A stretch of DNA of 64,000 bases from Octopus sinensis (GCF_006345805.1 NC_042999.1:35278001-35342000); one strand, 5' to 3'; shown: positions 27,601-40,914, counted from the stretch's first letter. The notes: a model not told the origin generated them from the letters alone. Numbers and translations are program-made.

Positions 27601-29212
27601 TACACCTCAAAAGCTGCAGTCGAATCCAGATTTTTGAATTCAGCCCAAGCAATATCTCTGAGTCGACGTTCTCGTTTAACCTTCTTCGTCACCCAGGGCT
27701 TGTGTTTCTTCTTCTTGGGAAGCCCAACGGGAACTGCCTGGTCAGTCAAACAGATTACATATGCTTTGAGGGATGACCATAGTTCGTCAACAGAGGACAA
27801 CGTCATCAGGGATCGCCAGTCCAGAAGCGCGGAAGCCTCGGTTAGAATTTCAAGATTAATTGCAGAGAAGACTCTACGTGGCAGCGAAGTAGTCGTGGGC
27901 GTAGAAAAGTTGTGTGCATGACGAACTTCAGGACCGCATGATCACTCTTGGCAAGAGGGGCGCACACAGATACGTCTGACACTGATCTTGGATAGCGGGA
28001 GAAACCAGATCTAGCATAGATGGCTGCTGCCCAGACCGATGCCTTGTCGGATATTCAACATGTTGCGATAGAAAACAATCTTCAGCCACGTCAAGAAGGG
28101 CCTGGCCGAAACGGAAGATGTTGTACAAATTGATGTGGGCCAATCGATCGTGGGAGCGTTGAAGTCTCCTAGTACCAAACAGTCATGCGAAGCTGAAACG
28201 AATCTTATCGCTTCGAGTAAATGAGCATCGTCCTGGGGGTCGGCAAGAGGCGGCCTGTAGACAGCCAACACGGGCAGGCAAAACTCAGATAGGCTCAGCT
28301 TGCAATAGACGGCATCGAATTTTGTTGTAGGTTGAGCATTAGTGGGTAGAATACCGCTGGACGGTTTGTGCTCAGACTTAACATACACAGCAACACCTCC
28401 ACCTCGCCTTTTTCCTCTGTCACATCTGAAAAGGACGTAGCCCTGCAGGTGGATTTCTGAGTCCTTTACTGCTGGAGTCAGCCAAGTCTCGGTGATAGCT
28501 ATCACATCAGGGGAGTCACGTATGGCCAGTGTAAATAGTTCACTGAACTTTGGGAATAAGGAGCACGAGTTGGTGTAGACGATGCTGAGCTGTGAAGTCT
28601 GAGGGGCGGGATTTGGGGAACAAGCAGAATAAGGGGTATCAGAGATAGCATCGTTGACGGGGGTATCAACTTCACTTCTATCTGCCCTCACATCACTTTC
28701 CCTGTCAGCACTACAGCATGGGACCAGAGGTAGGACTTGATTATCTGTCCATCTTGGATTCGTAAACCCTTCTCTCCCATTTGTTTCCTCATCTTTAGTT
28801 CGGATATTAGGTTTCTCCGGCGAATTCTCTCTCTTAGTGAGTATTCCTCGCGAAAACCCATATTGGGGTCCTCCCAGGCATGCGTCTGAGCTCTGTTCAG
28901 AAAGACTGAAGCCTCCCGATCGGTTTCAGTCATTTTGAGACCTTTTCAACTGTAACGATTAAATAATTAAATTTAGACGTTATATCATATAACGTTTTTT
29001 TAAACAATATTAATAGCGTTCTGTCTATCGCTATACAAATCCATCATTTTTTGCTAAAATGTCGTATTGACGAGTTTCGTTTTTTTCACTTTCCCGAAGA
29101 GAAGATTGCATTGTTTATACCATTTATTCTTTTGAATAGTATCAGTGGAATTTTCGAAACATGTGTCGAAAGTAAAAATATTTGTTTACACCTGCGTTAA
29201 CGCCATTTTTTA

Positions 29213-29218
<6 letters not shown>
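24640..29218 (+). mobile_element. 5'-truncated PLE with inverted pseudo-LTR, interrupted by a LINE
   Basis: 25263-25628 encodes NSIYQC..FYIGSTS..STGLSKLIW..CLLCNSE..CKH; 24738-24992 is the reverse complement of 25706-25724 + 28976-29218; hammerhead-like motif at 29088-29173. Confidence 0.8.
25725..28920 (-). mobile_element. CR1-like LINE (ORF1 end + APE-RT ORF2 with frameshifts)
   Basis: ITETWL, LGDFNAP, GPDGI, YRPVSLTS, LDFAKAFDSV, GVPQGSVLGP, FADD; (TAAC)n tail; TSD GACGTTA at 25718-25724 and 28976-28982. Confidence 0.93.
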
Positions 29219-29268
<50 letters not shown>

Positions 29269-29297
29269 ATATATATGTGTGTGTATATATATATATA

Positions 29298-29374
<77 letters not shown>

Positions 29375-29412
29375 TATATACATATGTATACATATATATA
29401 TGCATATATATG

Positions 29413-29511
<99 letters not shown>

Positions 29512-29588
29512 ATATATATATATATACATATACATATATGAAAAAATAAGTCAAAATAGAAAATGATAAAATAATTTTATAAAGAACA

Positions 29589-29632
29589 TTTCAGTACCGG
29601 TTTCAGTCATTTTGAGACCTTTTCAACTGTAA
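29589..29632 (-). ncRNA. Hammerhead variant with U3-A8 core in the PLE 3' pseudo-LTR
   Basis: Reverse complement TTACAG TTGAAAA GGTC TCAAAAT GACT GAAA CCGG TA CTGAAA. Confidence 0.6.
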
Positions 29633-29974
29633 CGATTAAATAATTAAATTTAGAAAAATTAAAAGAAATGTTTTTTTAAGGAATATTTGTATAGTGTTCA
29701 AATATAAGTGGCATTTTCCTTGTTTCTGCCTTGCTCTGTCTCTCTTGTTCACACTTGTGGGTTCGAGGTCATTGTGAATTCTTGGTAGGGAAGAAGAAGA
29801 AGGATGATGAGGAGAAGGGGGTAAATTTTGGGAGTGCCTTGATTGTTGTATTTTGAATGGTCAGTGGCTGCTAGCAGTTCATGAGAATATTTCTATTGAA
29901 AGGTTTGTCTATAGAATTTGCGTAGGTGTTATACTAAAAAGCATTAGTGATAAAGTTAAGAAGTAGAAGGGGGA

Positions 29975-30100
29975 GAAGAAGAAGAAGAAGAAGAAGAAGA
30001 AGAAGAAGAAGAAGAAGAAGAAGAAGAAGAAGAAGAAGAAGAAGAAGAAGAAGAAGAAGAAGAAGAAGAAGAAGAAGAAGAAGAAGAAGAAGAAGAAGAA
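29975..30100. repeat. (GAA)n microsatellite in the PLE 3' region
   Basis: ~42 perfect GAA units. Confidence 0.95.
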
Positions 30101-30237
30101 AGAGGAGGGAGAATATGAATGAGTGGAAGTAGTGAGGTGTTGTATGACTTAAAGTTGGCACGCTATGGGTTATAGCTGTGATTGGGGCTGATTTGTAGTG
30201 GATTCTTAGGAATGTAATATTTGCGTGTGTATTTGTG

Positions 30238-32235
30238 TTATTCTAAGGCAGAGGGGTATATATCGTTTGTCGTAGACCCGTTCAGAAGGGGCTTATATTT
30301 TGTAATAAAGAGAGTTTCTTTACTTATTCGTTGGCTCGAGGTTGTATCGTCCCTGAATTGGTAGAGGGGGAAAATGCTGAAGTTTGGTGTTTTGTTGTTG
30401 GTGCAAGTATCTATGTGTTGGCTGAATGCTAATTTTCTGTTTTGGGGAATTTTTATCTGGGATCTGCGCAGGGCCATTTTTTTACGCAAACTATTTTTCG
30501 TTTGGCCTATGTACTGCTCTTGACACCCAGAGCAGGTTAGTGTGTATATCAGGTTCTCCGAAGCACATGTGAAGTTGCTTTTCACTGTAAACCGTTGTCC
30601 CTGTTTGAAGGAGAACTCTGATCCTTCAATTAGATAATCGCATATCCCGCAATTGGGTCTTCCACATTTTTTTACTGTCGGCTTCTGTGTTGAAGAGTGT
30701 ATTCGGGCTTGTGTTAGGAGACTTTTCATAGATTTAGGCTGTCTCTTGCTTTTTATGATCGTGTGTGTTTGGAGGATTGTGTTCATTCTGTGGTCTTTTT
30801 TTAGCAGGGGTATGTTTTGGAGGATGGTGTCGAAGGCCTCATTGTTGAGAGGGTTGTGTGTGGAGATGTATGGTAAGGGTTTTGGTCGTAAATTTTTCTT
30901 TGATTTGGGATGTCTGAGTTCCTGGATGTTGAGTTGGAGGGCACGTTGAATGCATATGTCAGTAAGTGAAGGTGGGTAGTTCCTGGTAATGAGGGTATCT
31001 TTTAGTTCTTGTAGTCGTGTGTCTCTGGCGTTTGCATTAGAAACTATAGTGCATATCCTTTTTGCTAGATTGAAGGGGATGTTCATTCTGGTGTGTCTGG
31101 GGTGGCATGAATTGAATGGAAGATATTGCTTAGAATCTGTAGGCTTATAGTATATATCTGTTTCTATTACATTATTAGATTTCTTAATAAGGATATCGAG
31201 GAAGGGGAGTTGTTGCTGGCTATATTCCATCGTGAATTGGATGTTTACGTCCAGTCCATTTAAAATTGCTTGGAATTCTTTGAGTTTCTCTATATTTTCA
31301 TGCCAAAGGATGAAACAGTCATCTAGGTATCTCTTCCAGTTGTTTTCTATGTAGAGGGAGAAAGGGCTGCCATATCTTTCTAGAACCTTACGATACAGAC
31401 TGATTTCTAAATATCCCATGACTAGGTTGGCAAAGGAGGGGGCCATTCGCGTACCCATAGCAGTCCCCGATTTTTGTCGGTAGAAGTTGTCTTTGAAGGC
31501 GAAGAAGTTATTTTCCAGGATGAATTTAACCCCTTCTATCACGAATTCTTTTTTGATGCGATGTGGGAGTTCGTTGGCGTGATTCTCTAGCCAGAATTGA
31601 ATTGCCTCTATTCCTAGGTTGTGGGGGATATTGGAAAAGAGGTTGACTATATCGAAGGATACTAGTAGGGTGTTTTTGTTTATAGTATTAGGTAGGTGAT
31701 TGAGCATATCCAAGTCGTCCCTTATATAGCTTTTGACATGTTTGAGGAGTGGTTTTAACAAGGTGTCTAAAAAGTTACTGAGGCGGTGGGTTTCGCATGC
31801 GGGTCCTGCTATTATGGGTCTCAATTTGAGGTCATTAGGATTAGGGACTTTAATTATTTTGTCTGTGGCTATCTTGCATGCGTTACTTAAATTCTCACTT
31901 TTGTGTTTCTTAGGAATACCGTACAATTGGCTGGTTTTACTTGTGAAATTGGTCATATAGTCATATTCTTTGTCGGTGAGCCATTCTTTATTGGGGTTTA
32001 ACATGAATTTTAGTTCCTTCATTGTTTTTTGTTGACTATAGTTTTGTGCCTTTTCATAATATGTTGTGTCTTCCAACATAGACATTATTAAAGTTATGTA
32101 AAATGTCGTGTCCATTAAGACAACTGCACTCCCTTTATCGGCCTCTTTGATTGTTATTGTTTTGTCTTGTTTTAATTTGTTCAACTCAGCCCATTCTTTT
32201 TTGCTGAAGTTTGGTTTGTGTTTTCGTTTGTGCAT
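30238..32235 (-). CDS. Penelope-like element reverse transcriptase + GIY-YIG endonuclease; N-terminus continues in 32264-32518 across a frameshift
   Basis: 665-aa ORF: EADKG, LRPII, FDIVNLF, GTAMG, RYLDD, LPFLD, CGRPNCGIC, NLIY..YIGQT; upstream LSKGLKFTPTP. Confidence 0.93.
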   Translation of the reverse strand: MHKRKHKPNFSKKEWAELNKLKQDKTITIKEADKGSAVVLMDTTFYITLIMSMLEDTTYYEKAQNYSQQKTMKELKFMLNPNKEWLTDKEYDYMTNFTSKTSQLYGIPKKHKSENLSNACKIATDKIIKVPNPNDLKLRPIIAGPACETHRLSNFLDTLLKPLLKHVKSYIRDDLDMLNHLPNTINKNTLLVSFDIVNLFSNIPHNLGIEAIQFWLENHANELPHRIKKEFVIEGVKFILENNFFAFKDNFYRQKSGTAMGTRMAPSFANLVMGYLEISLYRKVLERYGSPFSLYIENNWKRYLDDCFILWHENIEKLKEFQAILNGLDVNIQFTMEYSQQQLPFLDILIKKSNNVIETDIYYKPTDSKQYLPFNSCHPRHTRMNIPFNLAKRICTIVSNANARDTRLQELKDTLITRNYPPSLTDICIQRALQLNIQELRHPKSKKNLRPKPLPYISTHNPLNNEAFDTILQNIPLLKKDHRMNTILQTHTIIKSKRQPKSMKSLLTQARIHSSTQKPTVKKCGRPNCGICDYLIEGSEFSFKQGQRFTVKSNFTCASENLIYTLTCSGCQEQYIGQTKNSLRKKMALRRSQIKIPQNRKLAFSQHIDTCTNNKTPNFSIFPLYQFRDDTTSSQRISKETLFITKYKPLLNGSTTNDIYPSALE

Positions 32236-32723
32236 GTGTTGATCTGGATAATTCGATATGTGGTCACAGATCGAGTGTTTTGTTCTTACATTTTGAGGGG
32301 GTGTAGTTACTCCTATTTCTGACCAACGATTCGTCCTCGTTGTATTTGTCGTATAGCTCCTCAGTAAGTCGTAATTTTCTACAGAATTCTGCGATGTCTT
32401 CTTTCATTTCATTGTAGTTGGGGTGTTGTGGGGTGGGTGTAAACTTGAGTCCTTTGGAAAGTATATTTATTTGATTTGCTGTTAGTTCATTGTGAGTTAG
32501 ATTGATAATTTTTATCACTTTTGGTTCCTCCTGCCTGTTTGGTGCTATCTTGTGTCTCTGTGTTTGCGTACTGGGTCTAAAAAATGAATGCGGTGGTTGG
32601 GACGGTAGCTATTATATAGTTGTTCTCTGTTGATGTGGGGTGTCCTGTTGTGATTTATGGTGTGTGTTCTTGGAACAGTATTGAGAAGTGCGTCCCGATA
32701 TCCCATATTCGGGTGTTGTGTTT

Positions 32724-34115
<1,392 letters not shown>

Positions 34116-34347
34116 TATATATATATACATACATACATACATACATACAAAGTAACAGAAAGGGAGGAATTTCGATTATATACATATTTGTATATATATA
34201 TATATGTATATATATAAATATATATATACATATGCATATATATGCATAAATAGACAGACAGACACACAGCAGATACACAGACACACACTACAGACACACA
34301 CACAGACACACACACAGAGACACACAGACAGATAGATAGATAGATAA

Positions 34348-34432
<85 letters not shown>

Positions 34433-35471
34433 GATTAAAAGGCAGACAGAAAACTGAATTCAACCAGTAGTTCTAAATTCAATTGAAATAAGAATCTAGC
34501 TGTACAGTTCTATGCCCCAGCAATCCCTAACTACTGTGCTTCTTCAGGACTTGGTAGTTTTCAAGCCTTTACTGTGCGAAGGCATACTCGGAATAGGATA
34601 CTGGATTACTCAAGGGGACCTGGAGCAAAGAAATGAGAAGTAATCATGTCACAGTTCGCTTAATCTGCTATAGAATATGATATCCTATTATCTTTTTTAA
34701 TCTCTTTTCTTTCATTTCAATTCAATTTCTTCCATTTTATCTTCATTTTATTTTATCAAAACATTTAAAAAACATTTTTTTTCTGAAAAATAAGCAAACT
34801 CCTCCGCCAAAACTATGGCATTTGCCGTCTGGATACTCAATCCTAATTACTGTGGTTCTTATAGCTTAGATTAATTTACTTCTATGCCTCCTCTAAAATC
34901 GAGGAAAATCCGATTGCGTAATAGCAGATTATTGAACATTGAATAAGAATATAAACATTTGGTAAGCTTAATAGTTCTGTGAGTACAGTGAAAAGGTGTT
35001 TCAGTTACTATCAGAGTTATTATCTTAATAGTTAAGATTAAATTCAGTCAAATTGCAGACTGTAAGGGAAACGATGGAATTAAGTAAAGGTTTATCGAAA
35101 ATCCATCTGGCAATATATCAGGTCGAGAAGTGAGTTCGAAAATGTTAGGCAGAAATCCAAAAGCATTATACCTTGCTTGGTAAAGATCGCTAAATACAGG
35201 AATTAAGGAGGATCACTCGATTAGTTTTAATTTGGATGTCGACCAAAATATTAAATGAAAGCAAATACCATCTTGAAATTTAATATCATAAGAAAGAATT
35301 AACTGGAAATTATCCAGCATTAAGGTAAGTAAACTAGACTAGAATTATATGAAACGATGGTATTCCATGTAAAAGTTGGCTACAGCATAGGAATCTTAGT
35401 TAAGCCGTTTGTAAGCAAAAGAGCACAAAACATTTTGCATACTCCAACACTTTAATTAGATATTTAATTTT

Positions 35472-35780
35472 TAGGAGTGGCTGTGTGGTAAGTAACTTGC
35501 TTACCAGCCACATGGTTCCGGGATCAGTCCCACTGCGTGGCACCTTGGGCAAGTGTCTTCTACTATAGATCGGGCCGACCAAAGCCTTGTGAGTGGATAT
35601 GGTAGACGGAAACTGAAAGAAGCCCGTCGTATATATGTATATGTATGTATGTGTGTCTGTGTTTGTCACCCCAACATCACTTGACAACCGATGCTGGTGT
35701 GTTTACGTCCCCGTAACATAGCGGTTCGGCAAAACAGACCGATAGAGTAAGTACTAATGAAACAAGTAAAAGAGTAAAAG
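35472..35780 (+). mobile_element. SINE family A with internal 3' deletion
   Basis: Matches family A; jumps from AAGTACTA to ATGAAACAAGTAAAAGAG. Confidence 0.85.
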
Positions 35781-35833
35781 TTGTTAATAACGTACTTGTT
35801 GATGATGTTTTTGCTAATACTGTTTTTGACACT

Positions 35834-35834
<1 letters not shown>

Positions 35835-35911
<77 letters not shown>

Positions 35912-36008
35912 GGTGGTGATGGTGGTGGTGGTGGTGGTGGTGGTGGTGGTGGTGGTGGTGGTGGTGGTGGTGGTGGTGGTGGTGGTGGTGGTGATGATGA
36001 TGATGATT
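35835..36008. repeat. Compound microsatellite (GTT)(GCT)(GAT)(GGT)n
   Basis: Direct reading. Confidence 0.95.
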
Positions 36009-36524
36009 GTGTTGTCGTTTTTCACATCCTCCATCCATTTGTTTTCGGTTCGATCCACCATTTCCTATTTGGCTAGAATTGATCTAGGGAAGTTTCCACA
36101 TGGGAGGGGTTCACAAAATGGAAGACAAGTAAAGCAGAAAATGATCCATTATGAATTTGGCAGTTGTACGACAAAGATTAAAGAGCAAATCCTTAGTGAC
36201 TTATAAAACAAAATAGTTACCGCATGGTTGCAATGGTTAAAACTGCAACCAGTTTGGCGTGTTGGGTAAATGGATAACAAAGATAAAAGTTGCTTACGTG
36301 TGCGCCCAAAATCCGAAGTTCATTTCTTTTGGTATAGTGCTTCTCGGCAGTATTAGAGGAATCCATTCGCCTGGTAGGTGCCGAAATCTTTGTTGATCTT
36401 CGATTGATATTTAGTGAGGTTTATGTCATGCAACTTGAGCCATATGTGATATATTAGTTTCTGATCTTCTGCACAAGACCTGTTACATAAATAAAACGAT
36501 AAGCTGAACATTCAAATGGCACGC

Positions 36525-36751
36525 CTATTTCTTTATTGCCCACAAGGGGCTAAACATAGAGGGGACAAACAAGTACAGACAAACGGATTAAGTCGATTAC
36601 ATCGACCCCAGTGCGTAACTGGTACTTATTTACTCGACCCCGAAAGGATGAAAGGCAAAGTCGACCTCGGCGGAATTTGAACTCACAACGTTACGGCAGC
36701 CGAAATACCGCTAAGCATTCCGCCCAGCGTGCTAACGATTCTGCCAGCTCG
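36525..36751 (-). mobile_element. SINE family C
   Basis: Matches 21410-21638. Confidence 0.85.
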
Positions 36752-36991
36752 TGTCAAATGGCACACCGCCGTAAGCGTGATAAGGAATGTGTCATAAATG
36801 CACCACCCTGACGACAACGGAAGTGTATACAATAATTTATAGTCTGCACGCTGTAATGTTGTTATACACAAAAGAATACGGCTAGGATGCATAAAGGAGC
36901 CATGAGACGATTTGCAAATATTCTGAAAAATAAAGCGTATAGAATATGTCTCCTGCCTTGGACCAAAGTTTGGAAGAGCTGTAAACGAATA

Positions 36992-37389
36992 TCTTTATAT
37001 ATAAAAGAGAAGTTGTGTGTCTGTCTCCTACGATTTAGATTCCTAACTACTCCCACATTTTGCGGTGCAGTTTAACCAAAACCGGGTATCTTATAGTCGT
37101 GATTCATATCGAGCCCTTCTGGGTATTAGCGCGCGACTACGATGAGTCTACGATTTAAAAAAAAGTTTACCATCATTTTTTCCATTTTAATGCATTTTTT
37201 CGCTATTATATAAGGGAAGTAACTCTCTAAAAATGTCTACGTTGAGTCAACAATTATTTAAAAATTTACCATCATTTTTTTTTTCCATTTTTAACGCATT
37301 TTTTGTTATTTTTTGGCTATAACTCTCTAAAAATGCTTCATATAGTTATTTCCCTTACAAACCCGAGCAACGCCGGGCGATACTGCTAG
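36992..37389 (+). mobile_element. Non-autonomous Helitron
   Basis: A|TC start, 3' hairpin CCCG-AGCAACGC-CGGG, CTAG|T end, no TSD. Confidence 0.8.
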
Positions 37390-37702
37390 TAATATCTAAG
37401 ATAGACGAAATACCAGATGTGTGGTAGTTTTAGTTTTAAGTTGGTAAAATCTTTAAAATTATTGTCTCGTTCCTTTTTTATACATATTTTCTAAGATGCT
37501 GCCTTTTAAATTTGCTTTATCTTTATTCTTTTAGAGTAGATATATCAGTCGTATAAGAGGCTCAATTTAATAGATTTTGTCCAACCCCATCAATCTATGA
37601 CGTTCTATCAATGTTTGGTGCTGATATTGATAAGGTAGTGAGTTAGCAAAAATTAAAGTACTTCCTGGATCAATATGTTATACGATAAAACGATAAACGT
37701 CG

Positions 37703-38001
37703 CCCTTTTCAAACCTAGCCAGGCTCATGGGCCCGGTTTCCCGGGTTCTGTGGCGTATGTGTTCCCCCCAGCTGGACGGGACTCCAGTCCATCGAATCGT
37801 TACTCAAGAAACATGAAGAGAGGGTGAGAGAAAGTTGGGGCGAAAGAGTACAACAGGGGTCGCCACTACCCCCTGCCGGAGACTCGTGAAGCTTTTAGGT
37901 GTTCTCGCTCAATAAACACACACAATGCCCGGTCTGCCAATTGAACCCGCGATCCTCCGACCGTGAGTCCGCTGCCCTAACCACTGGGCCATTGCGCCTC
38001 C
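37703..38001 (-). mobile_element. SINE family B head with an alternative 3' module
   Basis: Reverse complement shares the first ~190 nt with 1849-2040, then differs (GATGGACTGGAGTCCCGTCCAG..GAAACCGGGCCCATGAGCC). Confidence 0.8.
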
Positions 38002-38929
38002 AATATGTTACGCACAAGCAATATAATCGAATAGAATTAAGCGTTCTCTACTCATTATTTATAAAAATTTATTTTCATCTTTGTCATAATTTAGCCACGA
38101 TTAAATCGAAGAATGATCTATATTTTTCTCACCTTACTAACAGCATTTTATTAGTTTAAGTTGAAATATATTTCAGCATTCGTTATTTTAAAAACCAAAA
38201 ATAACATTCACCTGCTTCCCATAACTCTTTCCCTTTTATCCATTTAACACCTGTATTGTATTGTTAACTACAAAATGAAGAGAACATTTATTTCTATTTA
38301 ATTATTTTTCACGATATAATAGATGGAAAAATTCGCAAATAAACTAGGAAAAATGAAAGGAACCTACAATATACATTCTGCCATTGTTCTGGTAATTTTA
38401 TTCCGGTTTATCTGTGCGGCTAAAATCAATACAGATCAAACCTAGCTTAATGAATTCTTGACCAGTCCCTTATACGTTATGCATTCGCTATGACACACGA
38501 GTGACCTCCCTCCGGCTAGAAATGCACATAATATAATTTGACACAATGGGGTTTTGAATTATAAATATAACAGTTGCTGATCTCATATTGGAGCAATGGG
38601 CAAAACTGAATTCAAGAATGTTTTATTTTACTATCCAATTATTGAAGTTAAAGTCATACATTCATCTTATCTGAAACCAATTCCACAAGATTTGATCATA
38701 TGGCGAAAATTGAAATTCGTAAATCTTTATAATCTCCACGCTCTTGGGGACTAAACCATGAATCTTGTAACACGGATTTACTCTTTTAGAAGAGGATAAC
38801 AATCAACCAAATTTCCACTTTAATTTCTAACATATTTCGTAACACACTGAACATCGACCACGAAAATGTTGCTGTTCGAAAATTTTATAACTTTTATAAC
38901 TCTCATTTTATAAGCTTTTTTATATCTTA

Positions 38930-39327
38930 CTAGCAGTATCGCCCAGCGTTGCTCTGGTTTGTAAGGGAAATAACTATATAAGCATTTTTAGAGATGTAAA
39001 GTATAATAGCCATCTCAATTTGGCTAACCACAAAGGGGGGGGTGTTACTGTAGCTTTTTTACGTTCTGAGATTTAATAATAAATTTTTAGAGAGTTACTT
39101 CCCTTATATATGCCAAAAATGCATTAGAAATGGGAAAAATTGCTGGTAATTTTTTTTTTAAATCGTAGACTCATCGTAGACCCGTGCTAATACCCAGAAG
39201 GGCTCGATATGAATCACGACTATAAGATACCCGGTTTTGGTTAAACTCCACCGCAAACTGTGGGAGTAGTTAGGAATCTAAATCGTAGGAGACAGACAGC
39301 ACACAACCTCACTTTTATACATAAAGA
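38930..39327 (-). mobile_element. Non-autonomous Helitron, second copy
   Basis: Reverse complement of 36992-37389 with a different internal segment; same TC/CTAG ends. Confidence 0.8.
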
Positions 39328-39849
39328 TTTTTTTAAATGTTTGTGCATTCCTTCGTTTTAACTTGATTTCTTAGTGATTCCCTTAGACTAGACTTGATAA
39401 TTTTTTATATCGCCCTAAAGGAGTTGACAAAGTATAGAGCGGCCAAGCGAGTTATCTGTGCTTTGTATCAGTTCACTGATGTAATGATGTTTCCGTGTGC
39501 AAGGCACACGTGACCAAAACTCCCGGCTCACCTCATTTTCACTTCACTCCTCCACTGTTGGCAATAGCAATGTGATAACTCTCGTATTGGCTTTTTCCAA
39601 GTTGAATTTAACTATAACTGGAGTTAAGTTACCTATAATAAAATGGTTTTCGTATCGGACCCGGTTCCTCCCTGAATTAAACGCTTAACTGTATTAAAAT
39701 TGGGATTTAGAAAAACTAGAAAAGACCAGAAGTTATTAGTTTAATTAAATTTTATAATATCTTCCAACCTTCAGCGCCTCTATCAAGAGGGCCCAGTTAC
39801 AACAGGGACGGCAAACGATAGGCAGGTAAACAAAAGCGTCATAAATACT

Positions 39850-40062
39850 GGTTTCAAGTATTGGCACACGGCCATCACTTTCAGGGAAGGAGGCAAGTTG
39901 ATTACATCGCCTTCAGGGCTCACTGGTACTGATTTTATCAACACCGAAAGGATAAAAGGCTAAGTCGACCTCGGCGGAATTTGAACTCAGAACGTAAAGA
40001 CGGACGAAACGCCGCTAAGCATTTCGCTCAGCGTGCTAACGATCCTGCCAGCTCGACACCTT
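39850..40062 (-). mobile_element. SINE family C with variant tail
   Basis: Head and core match family C; tail resembles 62870-62917. Confidence 0.75.
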
Positions 40063-40099
40063 AAAAATATAAGAAATATTAAGTTCAATAGGCTCATAA

Positions 40100-40218
40100 A
40101 TTTATGGACCTATCGGACTTATTATTTATGATTCTATGAATCTATTGTAAGTTGCGTTTAACGCAACTTACAATAGATTCATAGAATCATAAATAATAAG
40201 TCCGATAGGTCCATAAAT
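40100..40218. repeat. Perfect 119-bp palindrome (59-bp arms, 1-nt centre)
   Basis: ATTTATGGACC..GTTGCGTT T AACGCAAC..GGTCCATAAAT. Confidence 0.95.
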
Positions 40219-40480
40219 ACTAGACTCCCAGTGGACTCACAAAGCAACGGTATCATGAATATAAGTCTAATAGTTTCTTTTTTTCTTTTTACGGTCTGTA
40301 ATAGGCCCGAAGTCTGAAATGTGGGGATGGTAACTAGTTGATTATAGTTCTCAACTAGTCCTTATTTTTATCGGCCTCGAAAGGGACAATGCAACCTACA
40401 ATCAGCGCATTAGCAAAGAAGCATATTTTATCACAAAATATAAACCTATATTATAAAAATATAACCAAAAATATAAACCT

Positions 40481-40644
40481 AGGCGCAGGAGTGGCTGTGT
40501 GGTAAGTAGCTTGCTAACCAACCACATGGTTCCGGGTTCAGTCCCACTGCGTGGGATCTTGGCCAAATGTCTTCTGCTATAGCCCCGGGCCGACCAATGT
40601 CTTGTGAGTGGATTTGGTAGACCAAAACTGAAAGAAGCCTGTCG

Positions 40645-40705
<61 letters not shown>

Positions 40706-40914
40706 TTGTGTGTCTGTGTTTGTCCCCCTAGCATTGCTTGACAACCGATGCTGGTGTGTTTACGTCCCCGTCACTTCGCGGTTCGGCAAAAGAGACAGAT
40801 AGAATAAGTACTGGGCTTACAAAGAATAAGTCCCGGGGTCGATTTGCTCGACTAAAGGCGGTGCTCCAGCATGGCCGCAGTCAAATGACTGAAACAAGTA
40901 AAAGAGTAAAGAGT
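40481..40914 (+). mobile_element. SINE family A
   Basis: Matches 1011-1577. Confidence 0.85.

Noticed and set aside
34500-35330. Possible host exons (GTAAGT donor at ~35324)
   Set aside because: No sustained ORF or recognisable protein similarity
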